NCBI RefSeq assembly: GCF_044704955.1
Contig: NC_091999.1
Coordinates: 25,916,001-25,980,000 of the forward strand
Reading direction: 5' to 3'
Length of the DNA stretch: 64,000 bases
DNA from: Pristiophorus japonicus
Taxonomy: Eukaryota
Shown piece by piece: positions 50,276 to 62,334 of the stretch. The translations under genes were made by a program, and so were the position numbers. Below the pieces are notes generated by a model. It worked only from the letters and a program-made list of their open reading frames with translations. It searched no databases and was not told the origin of the DNA. Positions within the stretch are counted from its first letter, which is position 1. Each line of letters starts with the position of its first letter.

Positions 50276-50919
50276 GTAATAAGCAATCAATCAATAACAA
50301 ATAAAAAGGTCGGAGAATCGGTTCTTTCTCAGTGTTGATCTGCTCCTGGTGATATACCCTCAACCCCCTACTGACTGCAACTCAACTTGCATGTATGTGC
50401 AGTCAAAACTCAGAGAAAGCTCAGAATCTCTTTAGCGAACTTAAACTGGGGTCTCAAGAGATCTCTTACAACCCAGAGTGCGAAATGAAAAATGGACCAC
50501 AATCAATCAATAAATGAATAGACACACAAAAAATAGAAGTCCCACCTTCAGCGGGCCGCCGATGAGGGAGCCCATTAGGCCAGGGATAGGGGCAGCGCAC
50601 TTCGGGCCCGTCCCACACAGCCTGCAGAGCACACGCAGAGATTCTGGGGGCGAGGAGCTGCTGCACATGCATGCATACTCTAGCGCGCATGTGCAGAGGT
50701 CCCGGCACTGTTTTCAGCACCGGGACCTGGCTGCGTTTCCATCGAGGCGAGGCTGGGGAGCGGCCAAACTCGGCCTGAAGATTTTTGGCGCCCTAATCGG
50801 TGTAGAAAAGCGGCTCACCTCTGGTCATTTCGACAGAAATCTCTACTGGTCAAATTTGAGCCCCAAGAGTGGGACTGTTTCAAATTTACCAATTTAGCAC
50901 TGTGTTCTCACCAATGTGC

Positions 50920-51191
50920 GCGGTCCCTTTAAATCTGCTGCACCGTGTCCCTTCCAGCGGTGGGAGCTGGTGAGCGGTCCCTTTAAATCTGCTGCACGGT
51001 GTCTCTTCTCGCGGTGGGAGCTGGTGAGCGGTCCCTTTAAATCTGCTGCACGGTGTCTCTTCCAGCGGTGGGAGCTGGTGAGCGGTCCCTTTGAATCTGC
51101 TGCACGGTGTCTCTTCCAGTGGTGGGAGCTGGTGAGCGGTCCCTTTAAATCTGCTGCACAGTGTCTCTTCCAGCGGTGGGAGCTGGTGAGC
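50920..51191. repeat. 54-bp minisatellite x5
   Basis: gcggtccctttaaatctgctgcacggtgtctcttccagcggtgggagctggtga; gives 18-aa periodic spurious ORFs. Confidence 0.9.
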
Positions 51192-52004
51192 ACCCTGCGC
51201 GCGACCCTGCGATTGATGCGTGACCGTGCGGCCGCCCACCTTCGGGGAAACATTGGTGGGCGGCCCTCAACAGCTCAGCAAAACTTGTTCAGTGGCCCTC
51301 CAGCCCAAATAATGCCCCACCCCTGCACTAAACCATCTTTAACCGTCTTCTGCCTCCTGACGTAGCTGGAAAATCTTTTGTAATGATTACCATAATTGAG
51401 CACTCTCTTCTTTTCCAAAGATCTCTGAGCTTCTCTAATGGCTGCTTTTGTCTCCCTCAGTTGGGGGTGATATTTCTCTCTATTCTTCTGTAAACTGAAT
51501 TGATCTGGATCTGAACTGGGTTCAATGTGAAATAGTTCAGGGAATCAGACATCATTTACCCCTCGTCCTACGCTGGACGGTTCCTGAGTAGAGAATCAGA
51601 GTGGTTACAGCACAGAAGGAGGCCATTTGGCCCATCAAGTCTGTGCCGGTTCTTTGCAAAAGCCCTTCAGCTAGTCCCACTCCCCCGCCCTTTCCCCGGA
51701 GCCCTGCAAATCTTTTTCTTTCAGGTACTTACACAATTCCCTTTTGAAAGCCGCGATTAAGTCTGCCTCCACCACCCTCTCAGGCAGTGCATATCAGATC
51801 CTAACTTGTAAGGATTCCACTGGTACCACGCCATATATTTGTCAGGATACCGAAACCCAGCTTTCTTACACTCCACTCCGGGAGGTCCCACTCCCTGAGC
51901 TCACAACCTTCAGCGGGGTCAGCGGAGTTCCACAGTGGAATGTACATGGTTTAGTCCTGGATGTGATTAACAGCAGCAATAACAACAGAATCCAAACCCT
52001 GCAG

Positions 52005-52973
<969 letters not shown>

Positions 52974-53319
52974 TTAAATTTCCCGTCTACAAGTCCTCCC
53001 CTTCTAATAACCTGCACAATGAATATAAAACAAATAAAAGGGAGTGAGAGAGAACCCAGAAAAACAGAAAGGCTTGTTGTAAAATTGAGTTTAATAAATC
53101 GGGGAATTTGTGGGGCAGGCTCTAGAAAAATAGTCACCATGAAAGCTGTTGGATTGTCAGTAAAATCCCAACTGGCGCACTAATGTCCTCCAGCGATATG
53201 GGGATCGGGCGGGAGAGTCAAGTTGAGGTCGAAGATCAGCCATGGTCGTATTGACCGGCGGAGAAGGCTCGAAGGACCATATGGCTGACTCCTGCTCCTA
53301 AATCTTATGTTCTGATGGA

Positions 53320-53640
53320 AGGGAACCTGCCAACAAACCTGTAGCATGGCTTTTACCACCCAGAAGGAAAAGCGCAGCAGGTGAATGGGAGCAGCATCAT
53401 CTGCAAGTTCCCCTCCAAGACACACACCATCCGGACATGGTCATATATTGCCGTTCCTTTATCGTCACTGGGTCAAAAGCCTGGAACTGGCTCCCTAACA
53501 GCACTGTGGGAGTACCGTCACCACACGGACTACAGCAGTTCAATTAGGTGACTCCCCACCACCTTCTCCAGTGTAATTAGGGATGGCCAATAAATGCCGG
53601 CCTTGGCAGCGACGGCCACAGCCCGGAACAAATTGAAAAA
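53320..53640 (+). mobile_element. LINE 3' end (CR1/L2 group)
   Basis: ..aagcctggaactggctccctaacagcactgtggg..aataaatgccggccttg..A-rich end; an inverted relative lies at ~8560-8700. Confidence 0.55.
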
Positions 53641-53737
53641 ACTGTATATGTTCAATGGATTAAAAGTCTCTCCAGAAATACTTGTTCCTCAAACACTTTT
53701 CCATTGTGTGGACAGGGTGTGTTTAACAATCTAATCT

Positions 53738-53958
53738 CCCCCAGAGCCTACCTCCCCGGGGGCCCCGAACGGGCCCAGAGCCCACCTCCCCGGGGGCCCC
53801 GCATGGGCCCAGAGCCCACCTCCGCGGGGGCCCCGCACGGGCCCCGAGCCCACCTCCCCGGGGGCCCCGCACGGGCCCAGAGCCCACCTCCCCGGGGGCC
53901 CAGAGCCCACCTCCCCGGGGGCCCCGCACGGGCTCAGAGCCCACCTCCCCGGGGGCCA
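53738..53958. repeat. 34-bp GC-rich VNTR x~6.5
   Basis: cccagagcccacctccccgggggccccgcacggg units. Confidence 0.9.
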
Positions 53959-53959
53959 C

Positions 53960-54360
53960 ACTCGGGGAAAGGCCGGAGCCGCAGGTTGTTGTTCAGGGCC
54001 TGAGGCCCACAGCGGGTGTGTGTGAAGCGGATAATGCAGAGTGTTGTCTCTCGGGAAGAGCAGGGGCAGGGCTGGTGGACCGAGCGGGCGGTGGGTCCTC
54101 CAACCACTCGGAGCGTGCTGGGAGCGGGGCTGAGCCCGGATCTCCCGCACTGAGCATGTGCGAGCGGCGGCGGCGACAGTTGGTGGATCCCGGATGATGT
54201 CTGTTGTCGGCACGGGGCAGGAATTGGAGCCGCGCGTGGAGCTGGTGAGCGTCACAAACACCTGGTGTAGGGCCCAGGGCCAATCACAGACCAGAGGCTG
54301 ACCCCGGGCTTGACCCGCGGTGACAGGCCCGGGGTCAGCGGGGTCACCGGCCACTAGCTG
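53960..54360 (-). promoter_or_regulatory. CpG-island promoter of the ZNF gene (possibly bidirectional)
   Basis: CpG-dense; GC box, NRF1-like TGAGCATGTGCG (~54151), CCAAT (~54280); ~1 kb upstream of the ZNF acceptor. Confidence 0.6.
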
Positions 54361-54834
54361 GGATTTGGGAAGGAGGAAAAATGGGAGGCATTCTAAAGCA
54401 AATGGTGCAATTTGCAGGTGAACACAAAGCTGTGAGGAGGCAGGGTCCGCTGATCAATCTGTTCCAGCATTAATAGCAGTACAGAGTACAACAAGCAAGT
54501 TATGGTCAACCTTTATCACTCACGAGTTAGACTCAGATATTGAGCGTTGGCCTCAATTCTGGGACATCAATAATAACTTTCAAAACCAGCAATGTTCAAA
54601 GGGAACATTTTCTGGTGTTTTGGGCAGGTGCCGGGAGTGAGTCTTTCAGTGAGTCGGACAGGCTCGATGGGCCGAATGGCCTCATTCTGTGCCGTATGAT
54701 TCCCTGAAATGGTGAGAGTCAGGGAGAGAGTGATCAGAGAGAGCCCATCACCAAAACAGGGAGATATTACAGATATACAGGGAGGGTCAGAGTGTACAAA
54801 GAGGTGACGAGAGCACAGGCACCCAGAGACAGTA

Positions 54835-55115
54835 ACTTCAGGGGAGGGGAACCAGTGTGTGTAGAACTGCACCCAGCCAGAGTCAGCACCCTCAGGGGAG
54901 AGGAACCAGTCAGTGTAGAACTGAACCCAGCCAGAGTGAGTACCTTCAAGGGAGAGGAACCAGTGAGTGTAGAACTGAACCCAGCCAGAGTCAGTACCTT
55001 CAGGGGAGAGGAACCAGTGAGTGTAGAACTGAACCCAGCCAGAGTCAGCACCTTCAGGGGAGAGGAACCAGTGAGTGTAGAACTGAACAAAGGCAGAGTC
55101 AGTTCTTTCAGGGAG
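54835..55115. repeat. 54-bp minisatellite x~5
   Basis: ccttcaggggagaggaaccagtgagtgtagaactgaacccagccagagtcagca units. Confidence 0.9.
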
Positions 55116-55620
55116 GAGGCACGGAGGTTTAGGGAGGGAGTTCCGGAGCTTGGGGCCTCGGCAACAGAAGACAAGGCCACCAATGGTTGAGTGATTATAA
55201 TCAGGGATGCTCAGGAGGGCTGTATTAGAGGAGCGCAGATATCTCTGGGGGTTGTGGGGCTGAAGGAGATTACAGAGATAGGGAGGGGCGAGACCATGGA
55301 TGTATTTGTGAACAAGGATGAGAATTTTGAAATCGAAGCGTTGCTTAACCGGGAGCCAATGTAGGTCAGTAAGCACAGGGGGTGATGGGTGAACGAGTAA
55401 CTTGGTGCGAGTTAGGACAAAGGGAGCCGAGTTTTGGATGAGGTGAAGATTACGTGGGGTAGAATGTGGGAAGCCAGCCAGGGGTGTGTTGGAATAGTCA
55501 AGTCTAGAGGTAACGGAGGAATGGACGAGGGTTTCAGCAGAGGGTGAGCTGAGGCAGGGATGGAGATGGCGATATTACAGAGGTGGAAATAGTCGGTCTT
55601 GGTTTTCTGAGGATATGTGG
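55115..55620 (-). mobile_element. L2-type LINE 3' fragment
   Basis: LTDLHWLPVKQRFDFKILILV..GLAPPYLCNLL..YLRSS; shorter + copies at ~56960-57050 and ~62120-62320. Confidence 0.85.
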
Positions 55621-55659
55621 TCACAGCATTCTGGATAAGATCATCCGCCATTTTCATAG

Positions 55660-56230
55660 AATGAATGCGCAGGAGGCGATTCGGCCCATCGTGCCTGCGC
55701 TGGCTCTATGGTCGAGCTATTCTATTAGTTCCACTCCCCTGCTCCTTCCCCATGGCTCTGCAAATATTGCCCCTTTAGTATATATCCAATTGACTTTTGA
55801 AAGCCACTATTGAATCTGCTTAGACCACCCTATCAGGCAGTGTATTCCAGATTGCAACAACTCGCTGTTTATTCAATGGTTCCTCATGTCGCCTCTGTTT
55901 ATTTTGCCAATCACCTGAACTCTGTGTCTTCTGGTTACTGACCATTCTGCCACTGGAATGTGTTTCTTCTTATTTTTCTATGAAAACCGTTCATGATTTT
56001 GAACACTCGATCAAATCTCATCTTAACCTTTTCTGATCCAAGGAGAATTACCGCAGCTTCTCCAGTATCTCCACATAACTGAAGTCCCTCCATATTCGTA
56101 CCAGTCTAGTAAATCTCTTCTGGTCCCTCTCGAAGGTGTAGATACCCTTCTGAAAGTGTGGTGCCCAGAATTGAGCACAATGTTTCAGCTGAGGCCTGAC
56201 CAGTGTTTTATAAAGGTTGAGCATAACTAA
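55660..56230 (-). mobile_element. CR1 3' fragment
   Basis: Reverse-strand CR1 3' UTR and ..VLNSGHH../KLY-type codons. Confidence 0.75.
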
Positions 56231-57289
56231 ACATCAAATGCTGCTATTTGTGTGATGGGGTTTAGACGGGTGAGGTTTATCCAGTCAGTTGGATGTGAGC
56301 TGAAACATGTGCACTTGGAGCAGGAAGCCAGGGACACGCTGTGTAACTGGGCACAGATATTCTGCATAGCCCACACATGACTTGTTTCCCACTTGAGGCA
56401 GAAGGATGTATTAAATGCAACAATTCATTTGATTTGACTTTAAATAGTTTTGTTTATAAATTAAATTTTGCTGCTGTAATTTTATTTCTGAACTCAGATT
56501 CACGACCACATTTTATTTCTCCCACTGAGCCCCTCAACTTAATCTGTCACTGGGAACCAACAGGAAGAGAGGTCAGAGGCCGGAGGGCCCAGGGAGCACC
56601 GTGTTCTGCAATCATTCGCGGTGCTTGAGGGCTGGATCCTGAGTCGGCCTGTCAGGTGAATCTGTGTGAACCCCTGTTAAACTATTCATCTTTTAAAATT
56701 AAATCGAGATTTCCTTTGTCAGCAAAACAGTTTAACATTTGTCAGTATTTTGTTTCCCTGGAGTTCCTATTATGAGTTTCAGACACTTCAGTGCCAAGTG
56801 AACCAGGTGTTTAAAGTTCATTCATTTCCCTCATGTCGCTGTTAGTTAAAATACAGAGATTGATTTCCGTTCATTATGCATCTTTTGTAAGTAAACAAAA
56901 ATCCTTTCTGTTAGCAGTGAGTCACATTCTGCACTGGGGGAGACGGCTGGTGGCTTCAGGCTTTAAAATTCTCATCCTCTTGTTCAAATCCCTCCAAGGC
57001 CTCACGTCTCCCTATCTCTGTAACCTCCTCCAGCCCTCCAATCCTCTGAATAAGGAGAAACAATTTTCAGTGTCAGAAAGTTGAGTAACCACAGGCACAG
57101 ATTGAATGTGATTGGCAAATGAACCAGATGCTACATGAGGGGACTAATGAAGCAGCGAGATGTTCTGGCCTCGAACGCACTGCCTGTTAGGGTGGTGGAA
57201 GCAAATTCACTTGTAACTTTCGAAAGAGCTAAACAAATTTTCAGCATTATGGGACAAGAGTAGGACAGGAGTCCTCTGAGTGCATCTCG

Positions 57290-58960
57290 CTCGCTAACCG
57301 GTTTTCAGATCTGGATACTGATGAGGGCGATGATTTCTCTGGAGAAGCAGCCAGAGCCATGTGCACGACACCGTGGGTGGCTCAGCTGCACAGGGCGGGG
57401 AGGAAGAAGAGTGGAAGAGCAATAGTGGGAGTGGATTTGATAGGGGAACAAACAATTGCTTCTGCAGGCACAGACATGATTCCAGGATGGTGTGTTGCCT
57501 CCCTGGTGCACGGGTCAAGGATGTCACTGAGTGGCTGCAGGACATATTTGAGGGGGGAGGATGAACATCCAGAGGTTGTGGTCCATATCGGGACCAATGA
57601 CGTAGGTAGAAAGAGGGATGAGATCCTGCAGGCAGATTTTAGGGATCTAGGAAAGAGATTAAAAAACAGGACCTCAAAGGTAGTAATGTCGGGATTACTC
57701 CGGGTGCTCCGTGCTGGTGAGTACAGAAATAAGAGGATAGAGCAGATGAATGCATGGCTGGAGTTTGGTGCAGGAGGGAAAGCTTTACATTCCTGAGGCA
57801 TTTGGAGCGTTTCTGGGGGAGTTGGTACCAGTACAAGCCGGACAGATTGCACCTCAACAGGACCGGACAATATCCTAACTGGGGGTTTTGATAGTGTTTG
57901 GAAGGCAGACGAAACAAGGGCTAGAAAATAGACAATAAGGGAGTTTGGCAGCGCTAAATGCCAGTGCCAGTGTGTTTCAATGAGATCACCTCTCATTCGT
58001 CTAAACTCCCGAGTGTATAGGCCCATTCTACACAAACTCTCATCATAAGACAAGTCCTCTCATCACAGGAATCAATCTAGAAATACTTCAATGCCAATAC
58101 AAGGAGTCTAGGGATTGAGGCAGATAAGCTGAGGGCACAGACAGACATGTGGGGGTATGATATTGTAACTATTAGTGAAACACGGCTACAATAACTGCAG
58201 GAAAGGCAGCTCAACATTCCTGGTTACAGGGTTTTAAGACAAGACAGAGCCAAGGATAAAAAAAAGGAGGACGTATCGCAGTGTTGATTCAAGAAACAAT
58301 TCCAGCTGTGGGGAGGGATGATATGTTCCAAGGATCAGCAAATGAGGCCACATGGGAGAAGTGAGGAACAAAAAAGGGGCAATCACACTGCTGGGGATGT
58401 ACTATAGACCCCCAAACAGTCAGAGGGAGACAGAAGAGCAAATATGTCGGCACATTTCTGATACGTGCCAAAATAATAGGGCAGTAATAGTCGTGGATTT
58501 CAACTACCCAAATATTAACTGGGATAGATTTAGTATGAAAGATATAGAAGGAGCAGAATTCTTAAAATGCATTCAGGAGAACTTTTTTAGCCATGACGTA
58601 GCAAGCCCAACAAGAGAGGGTGGTTCTGGACTTAGGTTTAATGAATGAAGCTTGGGCAGGTGGAAGGGGTATCGGTGGGAGAGCATTTTGGTGCTGGTGA
58701 TCATAATTCAGTTAGATTTAGGGTAGTTATGGAAAAGGACAAAGACAAAAAGGAATAAAAGTTCTCAATTGAGGTAAAGCTAATTTTACTAAGCGGAGAT
58801 GTGATTTAACCAAAGTGGACTGGAAAGAGCTACTTGAAGGAAAATTAGTGTCAGAGCAGTGGGAGGCATTCAAGGAGGAGATAGCGAGGGTTCAGAGCAA
58901 GCGTGTTCCCTTAAGATAAAGGGTGGGACTAATAAATCTAGAGCCCTGAGATGTCAATAT
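57290..58960 (+). mobile_element. Fragmented CR1 ORF1 (esterase) + endonuclease
   Basis: RMVCCLPGARVKD, VVVHIGTND, GMYYRPPNS..VDFNYP. Confidence 0.8.
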
Positions 58961-58969
58961 TAGAATATC

Positions 58970-59915
58970 AGAGATAGGAGCAGGAGTAGGTCACACGGCC
59001 TCTCGAGCCTGCTCCGCCATTCAGTAAGATCATCGCCCTCAACTCCACTTTACCACCTGATCTCCATATCCCTTGATTCCCCGAGAGTCCAAAAACTCTC
59101 TCTATCTCAGCCTTGAATAGACTGAGCATCCACAGCCCTCTGGGGCAGAGAATTCCAAAGATTCACAACCCTCTGAGTGAAGAAATTTCTCATCTGACTT
59201 AAATGGCCTACCCCTTATCTTGAGCGACCGAGTTCTAGTCACTCCAGCCCGGGGAACCGAGCTCTCTGCATCTACCCTGTCAATACCCTTCAGAATCTTG
59301 TATGTTTCAATGAGATCCCCTCTCATTCTTCTAAACTCCAGAGAGTATCGGTCCATTCTACACAATTTCTCATCGTAAGACAGCTCTCTCATCCCAGGAA
59401 TCAATCTTGTGAACCTCCGTTGCACCATCTCCAAAGCAAGTATATCTTTCCTTAGATAAGGAGACCGAAACTGCCCAGTACTCCAGGTGTGGTCTCACCA
59501 AGGCCCTGTACAATTGTAGCAATAGATCCTTACTCTTATACTCCACCCCCTTACTGCTTGCTGTACCTGCATCTCGCTTTTTGTGTTTCTTGCACAAGGA
59601 CACCCAAATCTCTCTCAACACCAACATTTAAAGTTTCTCAACATTTGAAAGATATTCTGTTTTTCTATTCTTCCTGCCAAAGTGAATAAACTCACATTTC
59701 CCGACATTATACTCAATCTGCCACCTTACTGCCCATTCACATCGTCTGTCTATATATCTTTGCACTCTTGTGTTCTGCTCACAGCTTACTGTCTCACCGA
59801 GCTTTGTATCGTCAGCAAATATTACACTCGGTCCCATTATCTAGGTCATTAATATAGATTGTAAATAGCTGAGGCCCCTTCACTGATCCTTGCTGCACCC
59901 CACTAGTTACAGCCT
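58970..59915 (-). mobile_element. CR1 3' fragment
   Basis: FADDTKLG..LYRALVRPHLEY..VQRRFTRLIPGM. Confidence 0.88.
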
Positions 59916-59916
59916 G

Positions 59917-60090
59917 CCGGAAGCCCCGCCCCTCACACACTCCGATAGGTTGGAGGACCAACCGCCCATTCGGTCCTCCAGCACCGCCCCGCTCTTCCTA
60001 TTGGTGGGGAGCTGCCGTCAATCACCCGGACAGTGTGAGCTGAGCATGTGCAGGCGGCGGTGGCAGACGCTGACGCAGGAGGTGAGCGAG
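59917..60090 (+). promoter_or_regulatory. CpG-island promoter plus probable short non-coding first exon
   Basis: ETS CCGGAAG, GC boxes, dyad 59951-59980, ATTGG, TGAGCATGTGCA, donor gag|GTGAGC at 60081/60082; homologous to the promoter at 54.1 kb. Confidence 0.6.
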
Positions 60091-60149
60091 ATCCAGGGAG
60101 CGGGTTAAAGAAACGCTGGGGGCAACAACACCGAGTGCAGGCCCGGGCC

Positions 60150-61105
60150 TGGATATAAACCGGGGAACATTCTCCCCACACCGGGGGGGGGATATAAACC
60201 GGGGAACATTCTCCCCACACCGGGGGGGGATATAAACCGGGGAACATTCTCCCCACACCGGGGGGGGATATAAACCGGGGAACATTCTCCCCACACCGGG
60301 GGGAGGGATATAAACCGGGGAACATTCTCCCCACACCGGGGGATATAAACCGGGGAACATTCTCCCCACACCAGGGCGGGGGGGAGGGATATAAACCGGG
60401 GAACATTCTCCCCACACCGGTGGGGGGGATATAAACCGGGGAACATTCTCCCCACACCGGGGGAGGGGGGGGATATAAACCGGGGAACATTATCCCCACA
60501 CCGGGGGGGGGATTTAAACCAGGGAACATTCTCCCCACACCAGGGGGGGGATATAAACCGGGGAACCGGGGAACATTCTCCCCACACCGGGGGGGGTATA
60601 TAAACCGGGCAACATTCTCCCCACACCGGGGGGGATATAAATCGGGGAACATTCTCCCCACACTGGAGGGGGATATAAACTGGGGAACATTCTCCCCACA
60701 CCGGGGGGAGGGGGGGATATAAACCGGGGAACATTCTCCCCACACTAGGGGGGGATATAAACCGGGGAACATTCTCCCCACACCGAGGGGGAGGGCGCTA
60801 TAAACCGGGGAACATTCTCCCCACACCGGGGGGGGTGATATAAACCGGGGAACATTCTCCCCACACCGGGGGGAGAAAACCCGGGGAACATTCTCCAAAC
60901 ACCGGGGGGTGATATAAACCGGGGAACATTCTCCCCACATCGGGGGGGGGGATTTCAACCAGCGAACATTCTCCCCACACCGGGGGGAGGGGGGATATAA
61001 ACCGGGGAACATTCTCCCCACAACGGGGGGGGAGGGGGATATAAACCAGGGAACATTCTCCCCACACCGGGGCGGGGGGGGATATAAACCGGGGAACATT
61101 CTCCC
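60150..61105. repeat. G-rich VNTR, ~24 units of ~34-48 bp
   Basis: ggatataaaccggggaacattctccccacacc + variable G run. Confidence 0.95.
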
Positions 61106-61279
61106 TCTGCCTGCCGGGTCCTGGGTCCGCTCCAGCCCGAAGGAATGGTCAGTGCATGCGCTGTGTCTGCATCAAACTCTCAGGGAGCGTCTGTAAATCA
61201 ACGAGAAATAGTAATGGACCAGGGAGCGTCTCTGAATGAAGGAGCAATGCTGACTGAGCAGGGAGCGTCTGTAAAGAAT

Positions 61280-61945
61280 TCTAGAATCACAGAATATTAC
61301 AGCACAGAAGGGGGCCATTCGGCCCATCGAGTCTGCGTCGATACTTTTGGGGTGCATTCCGGTTATCCCACTTCCCCCGCTCTTTCCCCAAATCCCTGCA
61401 ATATCATTCTGCTTCAAGTGTTTGTCCAATTCACTTTTGAAGGCTACTATTGACTCTGTCTCCACCGCTCCGTCAGGCAGTGCATTCCAAACCCTAACCA
61501 CTCCTTGTGTGAAAATGGTTTTCCTCATATGACCTCTGTTTTTGCCAATCGCCTCAAATCTGTGCCCTCTGGTTATCAGCGTTAGAAACAGTTTCTCTAT
61601 TCATTCTATCTCATCTTCATGATTTTTAACATCTCTATCAAATCTCGTCTTAGCCTTCTCTGCCCCAAGGAGAACAATCCCAGCTTCTCCAGTCTCCACA
61701 TAAATGAAGTTCCTCATCCCTGGCACCATTCCAGTAAATCTCTTCTGTCCCCTCTCCAAAGCCTGTGTGTCCTTCCTGAAGTGTGCCCAGAATTGTACCC
61801 AATCCTCCAGCTGGGGTCGAGCTAGTGTTTTATATAGCTTTAGCATAACTTCCCGGCTTTAGTACTCTGTGCCTCGATTTTTAAAGCCCAGGATCCTTTA
61901 AGCTTTATTAATAGCTTTGTTAACCTGTCCTGCGACCTTCAAAGA
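61280..61945 (-). mobile_element. CR1 3' fragment splitting a ~39-bp repeat (61180-61275 / 61990-62110)
   Basis: MLKLYKTLARPQLEDWVQFW; cagggagcgtctgtaaa units on both sides. Confidence 0.8.
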
Positions 61946-62334
61946 TTTATTAAAATGTTTAAATATTTAAAAAAATGTAGCAGAAATGTGGAGTGGTCAG
62001 GGAGCGTCTGTAAAGGAAGGAGAAATGGAGAGTGGTCAGGGAGCATCTGTAAAGGAAGGAGAAATGGAGAGTGGTGAGGGAGCGTCTGTAAATGAAGGAG
62101 ATATGGTGACTGGACACGAAGCTTCAATTTTAATATTCTCATAATTGTTTTCAAATCCCTCCATGGCCTCGCCCCTCCCTATCTCTGTAACCTCCTCCAG
62201 CCCTACAACCCTCCATGATTTCTGGCCTCCTGCACATTCCTGGTTTTAATCACACCACCATTGCTGGCCATACCTTCAGCTGCCTAGGCCCTAAGCTCAA
62301 GAATTCCCTCCCTCCTCGTTTAACACCCTCAGAA

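Noticed and set aside
54567-55376. 269-aa ORF with 18-aa repeats
   Set aside because: An L2 C-terminus read through into a 54-bp minisatellite.
60150-61105. Resemblance to a type I-E CRISPR repeat (GGGGAT(AT)AAACCG, CGGGGAACA)
   Set aside because: No unique spacers (only variable G runs), no cas genes, vertebrate context; it is a VNTR. The 388-aa and other ORFs over it are repeat artefacts.
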